Of a stretch of 64,000 nucleotides of DNA, positions 11,100 through 23,304 are shown one piece after another. The position numbers were made by a program, and so were the translations under genes. This DNA comes from Mobula hypostoma (lineage: Eukaryota): the NCBI RefSeq assembly GCF_963921235.1, contig NC_086107.1:115444001-115508000 (forward strand), given 5' to 3'. Numbering within the stretch: position 1 is the first letter of the stretch; each line of letters begins with the position of its first letter. The notes beneath the pieces are model-generated. The model did no database searches. It was given only the letters and a program-made list of their open reading frames with translations, and was not told the DNA's origin.

Positions 11100-11530
11100 C
11101 GTATTTGGGACGAGTTCAGGTCTGCGGCACGGAGACGGTATCCAATGCAAAGCTGTCGGTGATCAGTCCTGGACCGTACCGACCACCTTCGCTCACTTTC
11201 CCGACGCCCCGCCCCATCGCGGTTGGTCCGCCGGCGGACGCCGTCCAACGTGTGGGCCGGTCGCCGCCGTCTGATTGACAGGCATCCTCACCAATCACGG
11301 TCACGCCTGCCCCCGGCCGACGACTGATGGGTGGAGCCTGCAGGGGAACGGCGCATGCGCGCTAATCCAGGACGAGGGCCGACTTGATTGGAACCGGAGT
11401 TCAGCCAGCCTTGGGATCAGGTAGCGGCATTCGTCCGGGGCGCAGCACCCGAGGGCGCATTGGACCTAAAGATCCCACTCCGGCGTGTATTGGAATCCTC
11501 CGTATAGGAGGATTGGAGGGCGGGGACGAG
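11100..11530 (+). promoter_or_regulatory. SGF29: CpG-island promoter of SGF29 with putative non-coding exon 1 ending at 11420
   Basis: CpG-dense. TGATTGACAG at 11272-11281, CCAAT at 11291-11295, NRF1 palindrome GCGCATGCGC at 11351-11360, ATTGG at 11387-11391, donor CAG|GTAGCG at 11420/11421. The next exon has only 7 nt before its ATG, so an upstream exon is required. Confidence 0.7.
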
Positions 11531-11534
11531 TGGT

Positions 11535-12540
11535 GTGCCTCAGGGATCTGTGCTGGGTCCAATGTTGTTTGTCATATACATTAATGATCTGGTTGATGGG
11601 GTGGTAAATTGAATGAGTAAGTATGCAGATGATACTAAGATAGGTGGAGATGTGGATAATGAAGTAGGTTTTCAAAGCTTGTAGAGAGATTTAGGCCAGT
11701 TAGAAGAGTGGGCTGAAAGATGGCAGATGGAGTTTAATGCTGATAAATGCGAGGTGCTACATTTTGGTGGGACTAATCAAAATAGGACATACATGGTAAA
11801 TGGTAGGGCATTGAAGAATGCAGTAGAACAGAGGGATCTAGGAATAATGGTGCATAGTCCCCTGAAGGTGGAACTCATGTGGATAGGGTGGTGAAGAAAG
11901 CTTTTGGTATGCTGGCCTTTATAAATCAGAGCATTGAGTATAGGAGTTGGGATGTAATGTTGAAATTGTACAAGGCATTGGTAAGGCCAAATCTGGAGTA
12001 TTGTGTACAGTTCTGGTCACTGAATTATAGGAAAGATGTCAACAAAATTGAGTACAGAGCAGGTTTACTAAAATGTTGCCTGGGTTTCATCTCCTAAGTT
12101 ACAGAGAAAGGTTGAACAAGTTGGGTCTTTATTCTTTGGAGCGTAGAAGGTTGAGGGGGGACTTGATAGAGGTGTTTAAAATTATGAGGGGGATAGATAG
12201 AGTTGACGTGGATAGGCTTTTTCCATTGAGAGTGGGGGAGATTCAAACAAGAGGACATGGGTTGAGAATTACAGGACAAAAGTTTAGGGGTAACATGAGG
12301 GGGAACTTCTTTACTCAGAGAGTGGTAGCTGTGTGGAACGAGCTTCCAGCAGAAGTGGTTGAGGCAGGTTCGATGTTGTCGTTTAAAGTTAAATTGGATA
12401 GCTATATGGACAGGAAAGGAATGGAGGGTTACGGGCTGAGTGCAGGTCGGTGGGACTAGGATAGGGTAAGAGTTCGGCACGGACTGGAAGGGCCGAGATG
12501 GCCTGTTGCCGTGCTGTAATTGTTATATGGTTATATGGTA
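11535..12540 (+). mobile_element. CR1 LINE 3' portion (RT C-terminus) in SGF29 intron 1
   Basis: [53 protein letters not shown]; (TTATATGG)n tail. Confidence 0.9.
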
Positions 12541-12825
12541 TGTCGGTACAGCGCCTCTTCCCTCGAGACATTGGATCCAAGACTCTCAAACCTGGATGCA
12601 TGTCTTGGGAATCCACTCTAGACTACATTCGACTCATGGGTGCGTCAAATACCTGGTGCTCCCACCCTTGGGTGCATTAAATCTGGGTTCACACCCTGGG
12701 GGTGGTGGCGCAAGGGTTAAAAGGATGGGGCGGGGGCGTTGGAAGGGGCTGGGGACGGAAGTTCAGAGGTCAAGGACCCTGATGTTTAATGGTTCTTCCC
12801 CCCCCCTCCACCCCACAGTCCCCAC

Positions 12826-12900
12826 ATGGCTCTCGTATCTGCAGACACTCGAATTTCCGAACTGCTGACTGACCTCCACCAGCTGATCAGACAGACGCAG
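12826..12900 (+). CDS. SGF29: SAGA complex-associated factor 29, coding exon 1 (exon starts at 12819)
   Basis: MALVSADTRISELLTDLHQLIRQTQ; acceptor CCCCACAG, donor GTAAGC. Confidence 0.97.
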
Positions 12901-12939
12901 GTAAGCGGTAACCGGAACACAGGAGGAGGGTGCATTGAT

Positions 12940-13600
12940 TGTTATCAAAGTAAGTCACCGGGTACTGCCTTGGGGTTCATCTCCTTGCAGGAATTTACAG
13001 GAAAATACAACAGCATTCACGAAAAACATAAAGATGACAAACAATGTAAAAAGACAAACTGCAAATTTAAAAAGTAATGTCGATAAATAACACTGGGAGC
13101 ATGAGTTGTAGAGTCCGTTAAAGCAAGTCCATAGGTTGTAGAACCGGGTCAGAGTGGTGGTGAGTGAAGTTATTCACACTGGTTCAGGAACCTGATGGTC
13201 TAGGGCAGTATCTGTTCCTGAACCCGGTGGTGTGGGGTCTGAGGATTCTGTATCTCCTGCCCGACGAGAGCATGGCCTTGCTGACGGACACTGCTCTCCT
13301 GTGACAGTGCTCCTTGTAGATGTGTTCAATGGTGGGGAGGGCTTTTCCTGTGATGGGGGTGGGGCTGGGCTGTGTTCCCGGGCCTCAGTGTGATGCAAGC
13401 ATCAGGATACTCTCCACAGTGCACCTATGGAAGCTTGTCAAAGTTCTGGATGACATGCCAAATCTATGCAAACTTCGAAGAAAGTAGACTCTTCCATGCC
13501 TTCTTTGTGGTGGCATCCGGATTGATCCTCGGGAGTGATAACACCAAGGACTTTAAAGTTCCTGACCCTGTCCAGCTCAGATCTCCTGATGAGGACTGGC
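12940..13600 (-). mobile_element. Rex1/Babar-like LINE fragment, degenerate
   Basis: Similar to the reverse-oriented copies at 3780-4270 and 56700-57050 (e.g. CTGTTCCTGAACCCGGTGGTGTGGGGTCT..TGTATCTCCTGCCCGA). Confidence 0.55.
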
Positions 13601-13904
13601 CCACGGACGTCTGCCTTGGCTCCACCCTCCTGGAGGATGCTGGGAGACCGAAATCACAGGGCTGTGGGAGTTTGTGATTGTTCCTCCGCATTTCATCGGT
13701 CAAAGGGAGCACAAAGGCAGTCGAGCCAGTCACGGCACATATGTTGTGTGGCTTCACGTTGTGGAGGTGATAGCATTCAAACCCTGCTTTAACTGTCAAG
13801 CAACCTGGTCCAGAATTGCCACTTTGCATGTGAGGTGGCTTTTTGGAGGTCCTCTCTGGGCTTCTTGTTCTTTCCATGGTCACCAGACTTGAACTCCACT
13901 TATC

Positions 13905-14270
13905 CTGACAGCAGTGCTGCCGGGATAATCAAGGACACGACCCACCCAGCCAACACACTTTTCATCCCTCTTCCCTCCGGGAGAAGGCTCAGGAGCCTGA
14001 AGACTCGTACGGCCAGATTTGGGAACAGCTTCTTTCCAACTGTGATAAGACTGCTGAACAGGTCCTGACCCGGATCTGGGCCATACCCTCCAAATATCCG
14101 GACCTGCCTTACTTTCCATTTTTCTATTTTCTATTTATGATGTATAATTTAAATTTTTAATATTTACTATCGATTTGTAATCCGGGGAGCAGGAAGCACA
14201 GAATCAAATATCGCTGTGATGATTGTACGTTCTAGTATCAATTGTTTGGCGACAATAAAGTATAAAGTAT
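13905..14270 (+). mobile_element. Rex1/Babar-like LINE 3' end
   Basis: AAGIIKDTTHPANTLFIPLPSGRRLRSLKTRTARFGNSFFPTVIRLLN; tail AATAAAGTATAAAGTAT. Confidence 0.8.
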
Positions 14271-15064
14271 CTAGCTCTTAGCAGATTGTGGATCTCTTGG
14301 TGCATACAGAGCTTCTGGTTATGGACGACTGAATGATTTGGGGTGATGCAGCTTGCCCATGGCTGTGGTTATAAAGTCCGTGACAACAGGGTTCACTTAT
14401 GTCCTCTGATGAGTCCGTGAACGTGGCCCAGTCCACTGATTGGATGCAAACTCTCACCACCCCTCTGCCTCCCGCAACTTACTCTTCGCGGTCCTTACCT
14501 CTGCTGCCTTGCCCCGTAGTCTCTGCTTCTATGCAGGTAGGAGCAGGACAGACAGATGATCAGACTTCCTGAAATGCAGTCCAGGGGTGCACTGGTAGGC
14601 ATTCCTGATGGTCGTTTAGCAGTGGTGGGCTGTGTTGGAACCCCTGCTGCTGTAGCTGATGTACTGATGGTAATTGGGCCGAGATCTCTATAAGCAAGTC
14701 TGATTGAAGACCCTGCCAAGGATGTGGAAGGCTGTCTGGGTAGGCTGTTTGTCTGCTAATGGTGGCTGTCCATACATTGAGTGCTTTGCTTCAACACCTG
14801 CCTTTGGTGGTATGGAAAATGTGGTCAGGATCTTGGTGTATCCAGATAATCCACCTCGATGCATGTACGGGTCCCACACAGAGTTGTGGACGAGATAGCA
14901 CCAACAACTCATGGCGACCTCCTGCAGGCAGTTCACAAAACTATTTCTTCTTCTTTTAAGTATACTGCTACTACTAATCTGTGTGTGATTGGAGCGATGA
15001 TGTAGTTTTTTGGCTAACTGAGCGATCTGGTGCTTTTACTGTCTGAGGGAATTCAGCGTGGTTG

Positions 15065-15938
15065 GAACATAGAACATAGAATAGTACAGCACAGTACAGG
15101 CCCTTCCGCCCACAATGTTGTGCCAACCCTCAAACCCTGCCTCCCATATAACCCCCCACCTTAAATTCCTCCATATACCTGTCTAGTAGTCTCTTAAACT
15201 TCACTAGTGTATCTGCCTCCACCACTGACTCAGGCAGTGCATTCCACGCACCAACCACTCTCTGAGTAAAAAACTTTCCTCTAATATCCCCCTTGAACTT
15301 CCCACCCCTTACCTTAAAGCCATGTCCCCTTGTATTGAGCAGTGGTGCCCTGGGGAAGAGGTGCTGGCTGTCCACTCTATCTATTCCTCTTATTATCTTG
15401 TACACCTCTATCATGTCTCCTCTCATCCTCCTTCTCTCCAAAGAGTAAAGCCCTAGCTCCCTTAATCTCTGATCATAATGCATACTCTCTAAACCAGGCA
15501 GCATCCTGGTAAATCTCCTCTGCACCCTTTCCAATGCTTCCACATCCTTCCTATAGTGAGGTGACCAGAACTGGACACAGTACTCCAAGTGTGGCCTAAC
15601 CAGAGTTTTATAGAGCTGCATCATTACATCGTGACTCTTAAACTCTATCCCTTGACTTATGAAAGCTAACACCCCATAAGCTTTCTTAACTACCCTATCT
15701 ATCTGTGAGGCAACTTTCAGGGATCTGTGGACATGTACCCCGAGATCCCTCTGCTCCTCCACACTACCAAGTATCCTGCCATTTACTTTGTACTCTGCCT
15801 TGGAGTCTGTCCTTCCAAAGTGTATCACCTCACACTTCTCCGGGTTGAACTCCATCTGCCACTTCTCAGCCCACTTCTGCAACCTATCAATGTCTCTCTG
15901 CAATCTTTGACAATCCTCTACACTATCTACAACACCAC
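15065..15938 (-). mobile_element. young 5'-truncated CR1 with an uninterrupted ORF2 C-terminus
   Basis: ORF 15130-15981: WQMEFNPEKC, QRDLGV, LVRPHLEYCVQFWSP, FFTQRVVGAWN; (CTATGTT)n tail. Confidence 0.92.
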
Positions 15939-16519
15939 TGGAAGTGGAGTGTGTGGCCCTAATGGTGGAGCGCAAAACCATTTATTTCTCGCCGATCACA
16001 ACGTCAGGCAAGATTGAAATCAATAAGAACGAGAGCAGCTGGTAAGCAACGATATTCGGTGCCGTCTGCCCCCGTTTGACTGGACCCCCTCTCCACCTCA
16101 CTCGCTGCTGCTGGAGGAAGGTACAGGAGTCTTGGGTCTTGGGTCAGATTTGATCAGCGTGGTTTGTGGATTGGACTTGTTGTTAGAGGACTCTACAGTT
16201 CATGTTGTCTGTATTTCTGGTTACTCATTCTTTTATTGCTATTTTGTGCAATTTTGATCGGGGCAGATGGTCTCTGCTGCCGGCAGCTAACGGACAACAC
16301 AGCGCTAAACTGGACTGAACTGAATAAGGACTATGTGGTTTGATGTTTAATATTCTGTGTGTTATTCGCTCGTTTTTTTGCCCTTTGCATGATTTTTTTT
16401 TGCACATTGGGTGTTTTTCTCTGAAAAGGTTCCATGGTGTTTCTCTGTTCGGTGGCTGTCGGGGAAGATGAATCTCACGGTTACGTACTTTGATAATAAA
16501 TGTACTTCAACTTTAGCAC

Positions 16520-16790
16520 AGCTCAGAACATCATGGAAACAAGCCACCCCTCCTCAGACCGTCTACACTCCCAGCTGCCTCAGTGAAGCAGCCAACAGAA
16601 TCAAAGCCCCCTCCCACCTCAAACATTCTCACTTCTCCCCTCTCTCATTGGGCAGAAGGTACAAAAGCCTGAAAGCTCGTCCCACCAGGCTCGAGGACAG
16701 CTTCTACCCCTATTGACTGGTCCCCTGCTATGATAAGATGGATTCTTGTCCTCACAATCTACCTTGCACCCTGCTGTTTGCCTGCATTGA
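16520..16790 (+). mobile_element. Rex1/Babar-like LINE 3' fragment abutting an SGF29 acceptor
   Basis: CLSEAANRIKAPSHLKHSHFSPLSLGRRYKSLKARPTRLEDSFYP. Confidence 0.75.
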
Positions 16791-16829
16791 CTCTCCCCTC
16801 CCTTCTTCCCATCCCCACCCCCACCCCAG

Positions 16830-16905
16830 GAGGAGAGGTCCCGCAGTGAACACAACCTCGTGAACATTCAGAAAACCCACGAGCGGATGCAAACGGAACA
16901 AAAGA
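16830..16905 (+). CDS. SGF29: SGF29 coding exon 2
   Basis: EERSRSEHNLVNIQKTHERMQTEQK+A; CAG| and |GTGAGA; 76 nt. Confidence 0.97.
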
Positions 16906-17319
16906 GTGAGAGACCCCAGGGGTGGGAGGGGTAGAGGTGGGGACGGAGGGGGTGAGCAGACAGGGGCAGGTGACAAATGGATAAGGGTGTAGAGGAGGGA
17001 GGTGGTGATGCAGATGGGGAGGGGTGTAGGCGAGGGAGCAGGTGATGCAGGCGGAGGGGGTGACACAGGTGGGGAAGGGTGTAGGGGAGGTAGCAGGCGA
17101 TGCAGCCGGGGAGGGGCGTAGGAGAGGGCGGTGCAGATGGGGAGGGAGGGGTGTCTGTGATGGGGAGGGGGCGACATAGACGGGGAAAGGCGTAGGGGAG
17201 GGCGATGCAGACAGGGAGGTAGCAGGTGATGCAGACGGGGAGGGAGGGGTGTCGGTGACGGAGGGGGTCTGTAGTGGGGAGAGAACACTCTCTGACATCA
17301 GTCTTCCCCCACCCCGCAG

Positions 17320-17392
17320 TATCCCCGTACTACCGCACCAAGCTCAGGGGTCTCTACACAACGGCCAAGGCAGATGGAGAGGCAGAGTGCAA
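17320..17392 (+). CDS. SGF29: SGF29 coding exon 3
   Basis: (I)SPYYRTKLRGLYTTAKADGEAEC(N); CAG| and |GTGAGT; 73 nt. Confidence 0.97.
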
Positions 17393-17632
17393 GTGAGTGA
17401 ACTCCCAACCATCTCCCCATCCCCTCTTCCTGCTTACCCTTCCCCACTATCCCTTCCATTTCCACACCCCATTTAGATCATTAGTTATGTCTAACCTCAC
17501 AATTCTCCCCCTCGCTGACTTCTCCCGTGCCCTCCTACAACCCTCCCTTTCTCCCTCTTTCTCTACTCTCGCTTTCTCCTCCATCCCCTCTCCCTCAACC
17601 ACTCAATCCCTCCACTATCGTCCCTCCCCTAG

Positions 17633-17697
17633 CATCCTACGGAAGGCACTGGACAAAATCGCAGAGATCAAATCAATCCTGGAGGAACGGCGGATTG
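17633..17697 (+). CDS. SGF29: SGF29 coding exon 4
   Basis: ILRKALDKIAEIKSILEERRI; TAG| and |GTGAGT; 65 nt. Confidence 0.97.
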
Positions 17698-18459
17698 GTG
17701 AGTGGGGGGGGCGGTGGAGGGACAGAGTTGTGTAGAGGGGGAGGGAAGAGAGAGCAAGTTGTTGTCGCCGTTAACTGGGCTCTGAAAACTCACACTCATT
17801 CCTCAAACATACTTTATTTTACTTGTGCACAAGGAGAACCGCGTGGCCCCTGTCACCCACACTGTTCTGAAGGCTGAGCAGAGAAATGTCATTTTTATAC
17901 AGAATTGACTTGCAGTTATGGATATTGACCATACAGTAAACTGTATGTTTGAATTCCTTAATTGCAAGATGAATTGGTGTTTAAAGTCAATAGAAACTAC
18001 AAGCTGACAACCGATGATATTTTGAAGTTATTAAAGCAATTGTCCATTAGTTGGCGTGTGTTTGACATGCTGCATTATTCTGATCTTCTCTCCGGTAAGT
18101 GAAAATGCTGGGCAAAGGGAAGCTCTGATCTTCAGACCTTTCCTGCCTGGGCTGTCTGCATTCTGTCTCAGCCTGGACATTATGTTAAGCCTTGCCTTAC
18201 TGTAACTTCCACAAGTGGCAAGGCTGTGAGGGGTGGGGTGGGGTGGGGAGGGTAGAGGAGGGGACAGAATTAGCTGCAGGAGAGTCGGGGGAGGATGTTG
18301 GGAAGGGAGAGAGGGTGACGGGGAGAAAAGGCAGAGTGCAGGCTTTGTGCCCCACTCCAGCAGTTCAGCCTGGAGGAACCTCATTCTGTCCTTCACCCCA
18401 ACTCTTTCTAACCCCCTCCCCACTTCCAGCCACTGATCCTCCCCCACTCTTTAGGATCG

Positions 18460-18980
18460 TAGAAACATAGAAAACCTACAGCACAATACAGGCCCTTTGA
18501 CCCACGAAGCTGTGCCAAACATGTCCTTAGCTTTGAAATCACCTCGGGTTATCCATAGCCCTCTATTTTACTGACCTCAGTGTACCTGTCCAGGAGTCTC
18601 TTAAAAGACCCTATCGTTTCCACCTCCACCACCGTCGCCGGCAGCCCATTCCACGCACTCACCACTCTCTGTGCAAACAATTTGCCCCTGACATCTCCTC
18701 TGTACCTTCTTCCAAGCACCTTAAAATTGTGCCCTCTCGTGTTAGCCATTTCAGCCCTGGGAAAAAGCCTCTGACTATCCACACAATCAATGCCTCTCAT
18801 CATCTTATACACCTCTATCAGGCCACCTCTCATCCTCCGTCTCTCCAAGGAAAAAAGACCAAGTTCACTCAACCTATTCTCGTAAGGCATGCTCCCAAAT
18901 CCAGGCAACATCCTTGTAAGTCTCCTCTGCACCCTTTCTATGGTTTCCACATCCTTCCTGTACTGAGGCGACCAGAACTG
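18460..18980 (-). mobile_element. CR1 3' fragment
   Basis: ERVQRRLTRMLPG..ERRRMRGGLIEVYKMM..FAQRVVSAWNGLP. Confidence 0.88.
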
Positions 18981-19018
18981 ATCCTGTATTCAGATGGGCT
19001 GTGGTAGGGCTGGAGGTT

Positions 19019-20932
19019 ATAGAAACATAGAAACATAGAAAATAGGTGCAGGAGTAGGCCATTCGGCCCTTCGAGCCTGCACCGCCATTTATTATGATCA
19101 TGGCTGATCATCCAACTCAGAACCCAGCCTTCCCTCCATACCCCCTGACCCCCGTAGCCACAAGGGCCATATCTAACTCCCTCTTAAATATAGCCAATGA
19201 ACTGGCCTCAACAGTTTCCTGTGGCAGAGAATTCCACAGATTCACCACTCTCTGTGTGAAGAAGTTTTTCCCAATCTCGGTCTTAAAAGGCTTCCCCTCT
19301 ATCCTCAAACTGTGACCCCTCGTTCTGGACTTCCCCAACATCGGGAACAATCTTCCTGCATCTAGCCTGTCCAATCCCTTTAGGATCTTACACGTTTCAA
19401 TCAGATCCCCCCTCAATCTTCTAAATTCCAAGAGTACAAGCCCAGTTCATCCAGTCTTTCTTCATATGAAAGTCCTGCCATCCCAGGAATCAATCTGGTG
19501 AACCTTCTTTGTACTCCCTCTATGGCAAAGATGTCTTTCCTCAGATTAGGGGACCAAAACTGCACACAATACTCCAGGTGTGGTCTCACCAAGGCCTTGT
19601 ACAACTGCAGTAGTACCTCCCTGCTCCTGTACTCGAATCTCCTCGCTATAAATGCCAGCATACCATTCGCCTTTTTCACCGCCTGCTGTACCTGCATGCC
19701 CACTTTCAATGACTGGTGTATAATGACACCCAGGTCTTGTTGCACCTCCCCTTTTCCTAATCGGCCACCAATCAGATAATAATCTGTTTTCCTATTTTTG
19801 CCACCAAAGTGGATAACTTCACATTTATCCACATTAAATTGCATCTGCCATGAATTTGCCCACTCACCCAACCTATCCAAGTCACCCTGCATCCTCTTAG
19901 CATCCTTCTCACTGCTAACACTGCCACCCAGCTTCGTGTCATCCGCAAACTTGGAGATGCTGCATTTAATTCCCTCATCCAAGTCATTAATATATATTGT
20001 AAACAACTGGGGTCCCAGCACTGAGCCTTGCGGTACCCCACTAGTCACCGCCTGCCATTCTGAAAAGGTCCCGTTTATTCCCACTCTTTGCTTCCTGTCT
20101 GCTAACCAATTCTCCACCCACACCAATACCTTACCCCCAATACCGTGTGCTTTAAGTTTGCACACTAATCTCCTGTGTGGGACCTTGTCAAAAGCCTTTT
20201 GAAAATCCAAATATACCACATCCACTGGTTCTCCCCTATCCACTCTACTAGTTACATCCTCAAAAAATTCTATGAGATTCGTCAGACATGATTTTCCTTT
20301 CACAAATCCATGCTGACTTTGTCCGATGATTTCACCGCTTTCCAAATGTGCTGTTATCACATCCTTGATAACTGACTCCAGCAGTTTCCCCACCTCCGAC
20401 GTTAGGCTAACCGGTCTATAATTCCCCGGTTTCTCTCTCCCTCCTTTTTTAAAAAGTGGGGTTACATTAGCCACCCTCCAATCCTCAGGAACTAGTCCAG
20501 AATCTAACGAGTTTTGAAAAATTATCACTAATGCATGCACTATTTCTTGGGCTACTTCCTTAAGCACTCTAGGATGCAGACCATCTGGCCCTGGGGATTT
20601 ATCTGCCTTCAATCCCTTCAATTTATCTAACACCACTTCCCTACTAACATGTATTTCACTCAGTTCCTCCATCTCACTGGACCCTCTGTCCCCTGCTATT
20701 TCCGGAAGATTATTTATGTCCTCCTTAGTGAAGACAGAACCAAAGTAATTATTCAATTGGTCTGCCATGTCCTTGCTCCCCATAATCAATTCACCTGTTT
20801 CTGTCTGTAGGGGACCTACATTTGTCTTTACCAGTCTTTTCCTTTTTACATATCTATAAAAGCTTTTACAGTCCGTTTTTATGTTCCCTGCCAGTTTTCT
20901 CTCATAATCTTTTTTCCCCTTCCTAATTAAGC
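19019..20932 (-). mobile_element. young 5'-truncated CR1 with a near-intact RT domain
   Basis: 458-aa ORF with [58 protein letters not shown]. One frameshift near 19430; (TTTCTATG)n tail. Confidence 0.95.
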
Positions 20933-21049
20933 TCTAATTATGGTGGAGTGCGTTTGTACGGTGGATAGGTGTGGTGAACACAGGCTGGTCCCAACTGGAC
21001 ATCGCTGACCCCAGTCCGAGAGTCATGCAGCACAGGGAAAAAATATACC

Positions 21050-21470
21050 CTTTGCCACAACTCGTTCACGCTGAGCCTGTCCCATCTGACCGTGTGTGGC
21101 CTGTCCCCCCCCAAACCTTTCCTGTCCACACTGTCCAAATGTCTTTTAAATGTATTTAGTGTACCTGGCACAACTCGTTCCATGTACAGTCCACCCTCAG
21201 GGTGAAAATGTTGCCCTCGGATCCCTAGTAAATCTCTTCCCTCTCACCTTAAATCTAGGTCTTCTGGTTCTTGATTCCCCAACCCTGGGGGAAAAGACCA
21301 TGCACATTCACTCTGTCTGTGTCCCTCGTGGTTTTATACACCTCTGTAAGGTCACCCCTTAGTCCCCTACGCTCCAGGGAGTAAAGTCCCAGCCTGCCCA
21401 ACTTCTCTCTGTAACTCAGTCCCTCGAGTCCCAGCAACATCTTTGTAAATCTCCTATGCACTCTTTCCTA
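21050..21470 (-). mobile_element. old CR1 3' fragment
   Basis: RRFTKMLLGLEGLSYREKLGRLGLYSLERRGLRGDL. Confidence 0.8.
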
Positions 21471-21800
21471 TATCACTCATTGGTTATGTGCCGTGTCGTA
21501 TGACGTGAGTCATCGTGGGCTGGCTTTGACCATGATTGTTCTTCACAGATCTTTCTGCACAAGTGGTCTGGGGATTGTCTTTACGAGGCGAGTGACCCCA
21601 GCCATTATCAATACCCTTCAAAGACTGTGGTTGCATGACCAGGAATTGAGACGTGCACCACCTGCACCCATAGCTTCACGTGACCCTGATCGGGGGGGGG
21701 GGTGGTGGGGGGAGGTGCTGTACCTTGTGCAAGGGCGTCCTGTGGAGTGAAGGAGCATCTTACATCTCCTTTGGTAGGGCTCTGTCTCCACCCCTATAAT
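21471..21800 (-). mobile_element. probable SINE / RTE-type LINE 3' tail
   Basis: The reverse complement ends ..ACCACTT..GAACAATCATGGTC..CACGTCATACGACACGGCACATAA, resembling RTE-type 3' tails. Family assignment is from memory only. Confidence 0.35.
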
Positions 21801-22205
21801 GTATCTTCACTATGTCTGTGCCACACAAGGTTTTATACATCTCCTCCACATTGGAGTTTGTTGGGGGGAGAGGAGGGGAGGGATTAACGGGAAGTAATAG
21901 AGGAGGATGAAGGAGGTGGGACAGTCCGAGGGAAGGGTGGGGGGATGGGGTGCTATTGAGGGAGGGGCTGGGAAGGGAAGGAGGGGAGGAGATGGGAGAG
22001 ACGGAGGGTTGAAGGGATAGATGGGGAGAGGGAAAGGGTTGGAGGTTTGGAGAGGAGTGGTGAAGGAGTGACGGGTTTGGAGCAAGGGTGGGAAGAAGGG
22101 GGAGGAGAGAAGGGAGTGGAGGGACGGATGGTGGTGGAAGGAGGACGGAAGGTAAAGGTCAGGAACGGAGTGTGACAACTACCTGTCTCTCCTCCACCCC
22201 GTCAG

Positions 22206-22335
22206 CGGCAAGGAATGCGGGTCTGTACAATGAGGCAGAGCCCCCTCGGAAGACAATGAGACGGGGGGTGCTGATGACTCTTCTCCAGCAGTCAGCGATG
22301 ACCCTCCCCCTCTGGATCGGCCGGCCCGGAGACAA
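22206..22335 (+). CDS. SGF29: SGF29 coding exon 5
   Basis: (A)ARNAGLYNEAEPPRKTMRRGVLMTLLQQSAMTLPLWIGRPGD(K); CAG| and |GTAGGT; 130 nt. Confidence 0.97.
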
Positions 22336-22707
22336 GTAGGTACCTACTCCCTCCTTCCTCACCTCTCCATCGTCGTTGCCCCTCCACTTGTCCTCCTCGA
22401 GTACATCGAAACAGTGAAATGCATCGTTTGCATTACAACCAGCACAACCTAAGGGTGTGCTGGGGGCAGACATCCTGGTGTCCACACAGCAAGCTCACAA
22501 TGTTCAGCAAACGGAACACGACAGGCAACAAAACTCACCCTAGTCTCCCCCCCAACCCCACCGTCTTTTTGCCTCCTACTACCCCATCCCACTGTCTTCG
22601 TCACCTCTCCCTCCATCCCTCCCCCAATACCTAACTGATGGGTATTGACTGAAGAGAAGCTCAAGTCTCTCCTTCCTTTCACCCCCCCCTCCCCTGCCCG
22701 CGGACAG

Positions 22708-22854
22708 ACCGCCCCCGCTGTGCGGAGCAATCCCTGCGTCGGGGGATTATGTGGTGAAGCCGGGCGATAAGGTGGCGGCGAGAGTGAAGGGTCTGGACGC
22801 CGACGAGCAGTGGATTCTGGCCGAGGCTGTCAGCTATAACCACAGCACCAACAA
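22708..22854 (+). CDS. SGF29: SGF29 coding exon 6 (Tudor 1)
   Basis: PPPLCGAIPASGDYVVKPGDKVAARVKGLDADEQWILAEAVSYNHSTN(K); CAG| and |GTGAGG; 147 nt. Confidence 0.97.
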
Positions 22855-23160
22855 GTGAGGGGGTACGGGGCGGGGGGTGTGCAGAGAGGGGCAATGGGAT
22901 GGAGTGATGGAATGTGGAGGCTTGAGGTGGTGGTGAGGGAGGAATGGAAGGAGATGACTGAGGGGAGAGGGAGGGAGGCAGAAATGGTGATGTGATGGAG
23001 AGGTTGGGTGGGAGGGTCTGAGGGTGCGTTGAGCGGGAAGGAGCGTTGGAAGTGATGGGGGTGTTGGTGAGGGGCTCAGTTGAGGTGGGCTGTTTGGGAG
23101 AGGGAAGGGGTTGCATTCTCTCTTGCCCTCCCTCTGATCTCGGTCCATTTTCACTCACAG

Positions 23161-23196
23161 GTACGAGGTTGATGACATTGATGAAGAAGGCAAAGA
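23161..23196 (+). CDS. SGF29: SGF29 coding exon 7 (36-nt exon)
   Basis: YEVDDIDEEGK(D), carrying D194/D196; CAG| and |GTGAGT. Confidence 0.96.
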
Positions 23197-23304
23197 GTGA
23201 GTAGGAATTTTGACCCGTTTCGCTCACTTCCTGCCCATTCCCTCGCTGTCCTTCATCACTGCACCTCCCTTTCCTTCTCTAATTCCTTGCCGTCCCTCTC
23301 TCGC

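Noticed and set aside
16752-17298. Pro-rich minus-strand ORFs here, at 21810-23227, and on the plus strand at 6547-7000
   Set aside because: These are low-complexity G/A- or C/T-rich intronic or intergenic sequence, partly antisense to real SGF29 exons, with no domain signal.
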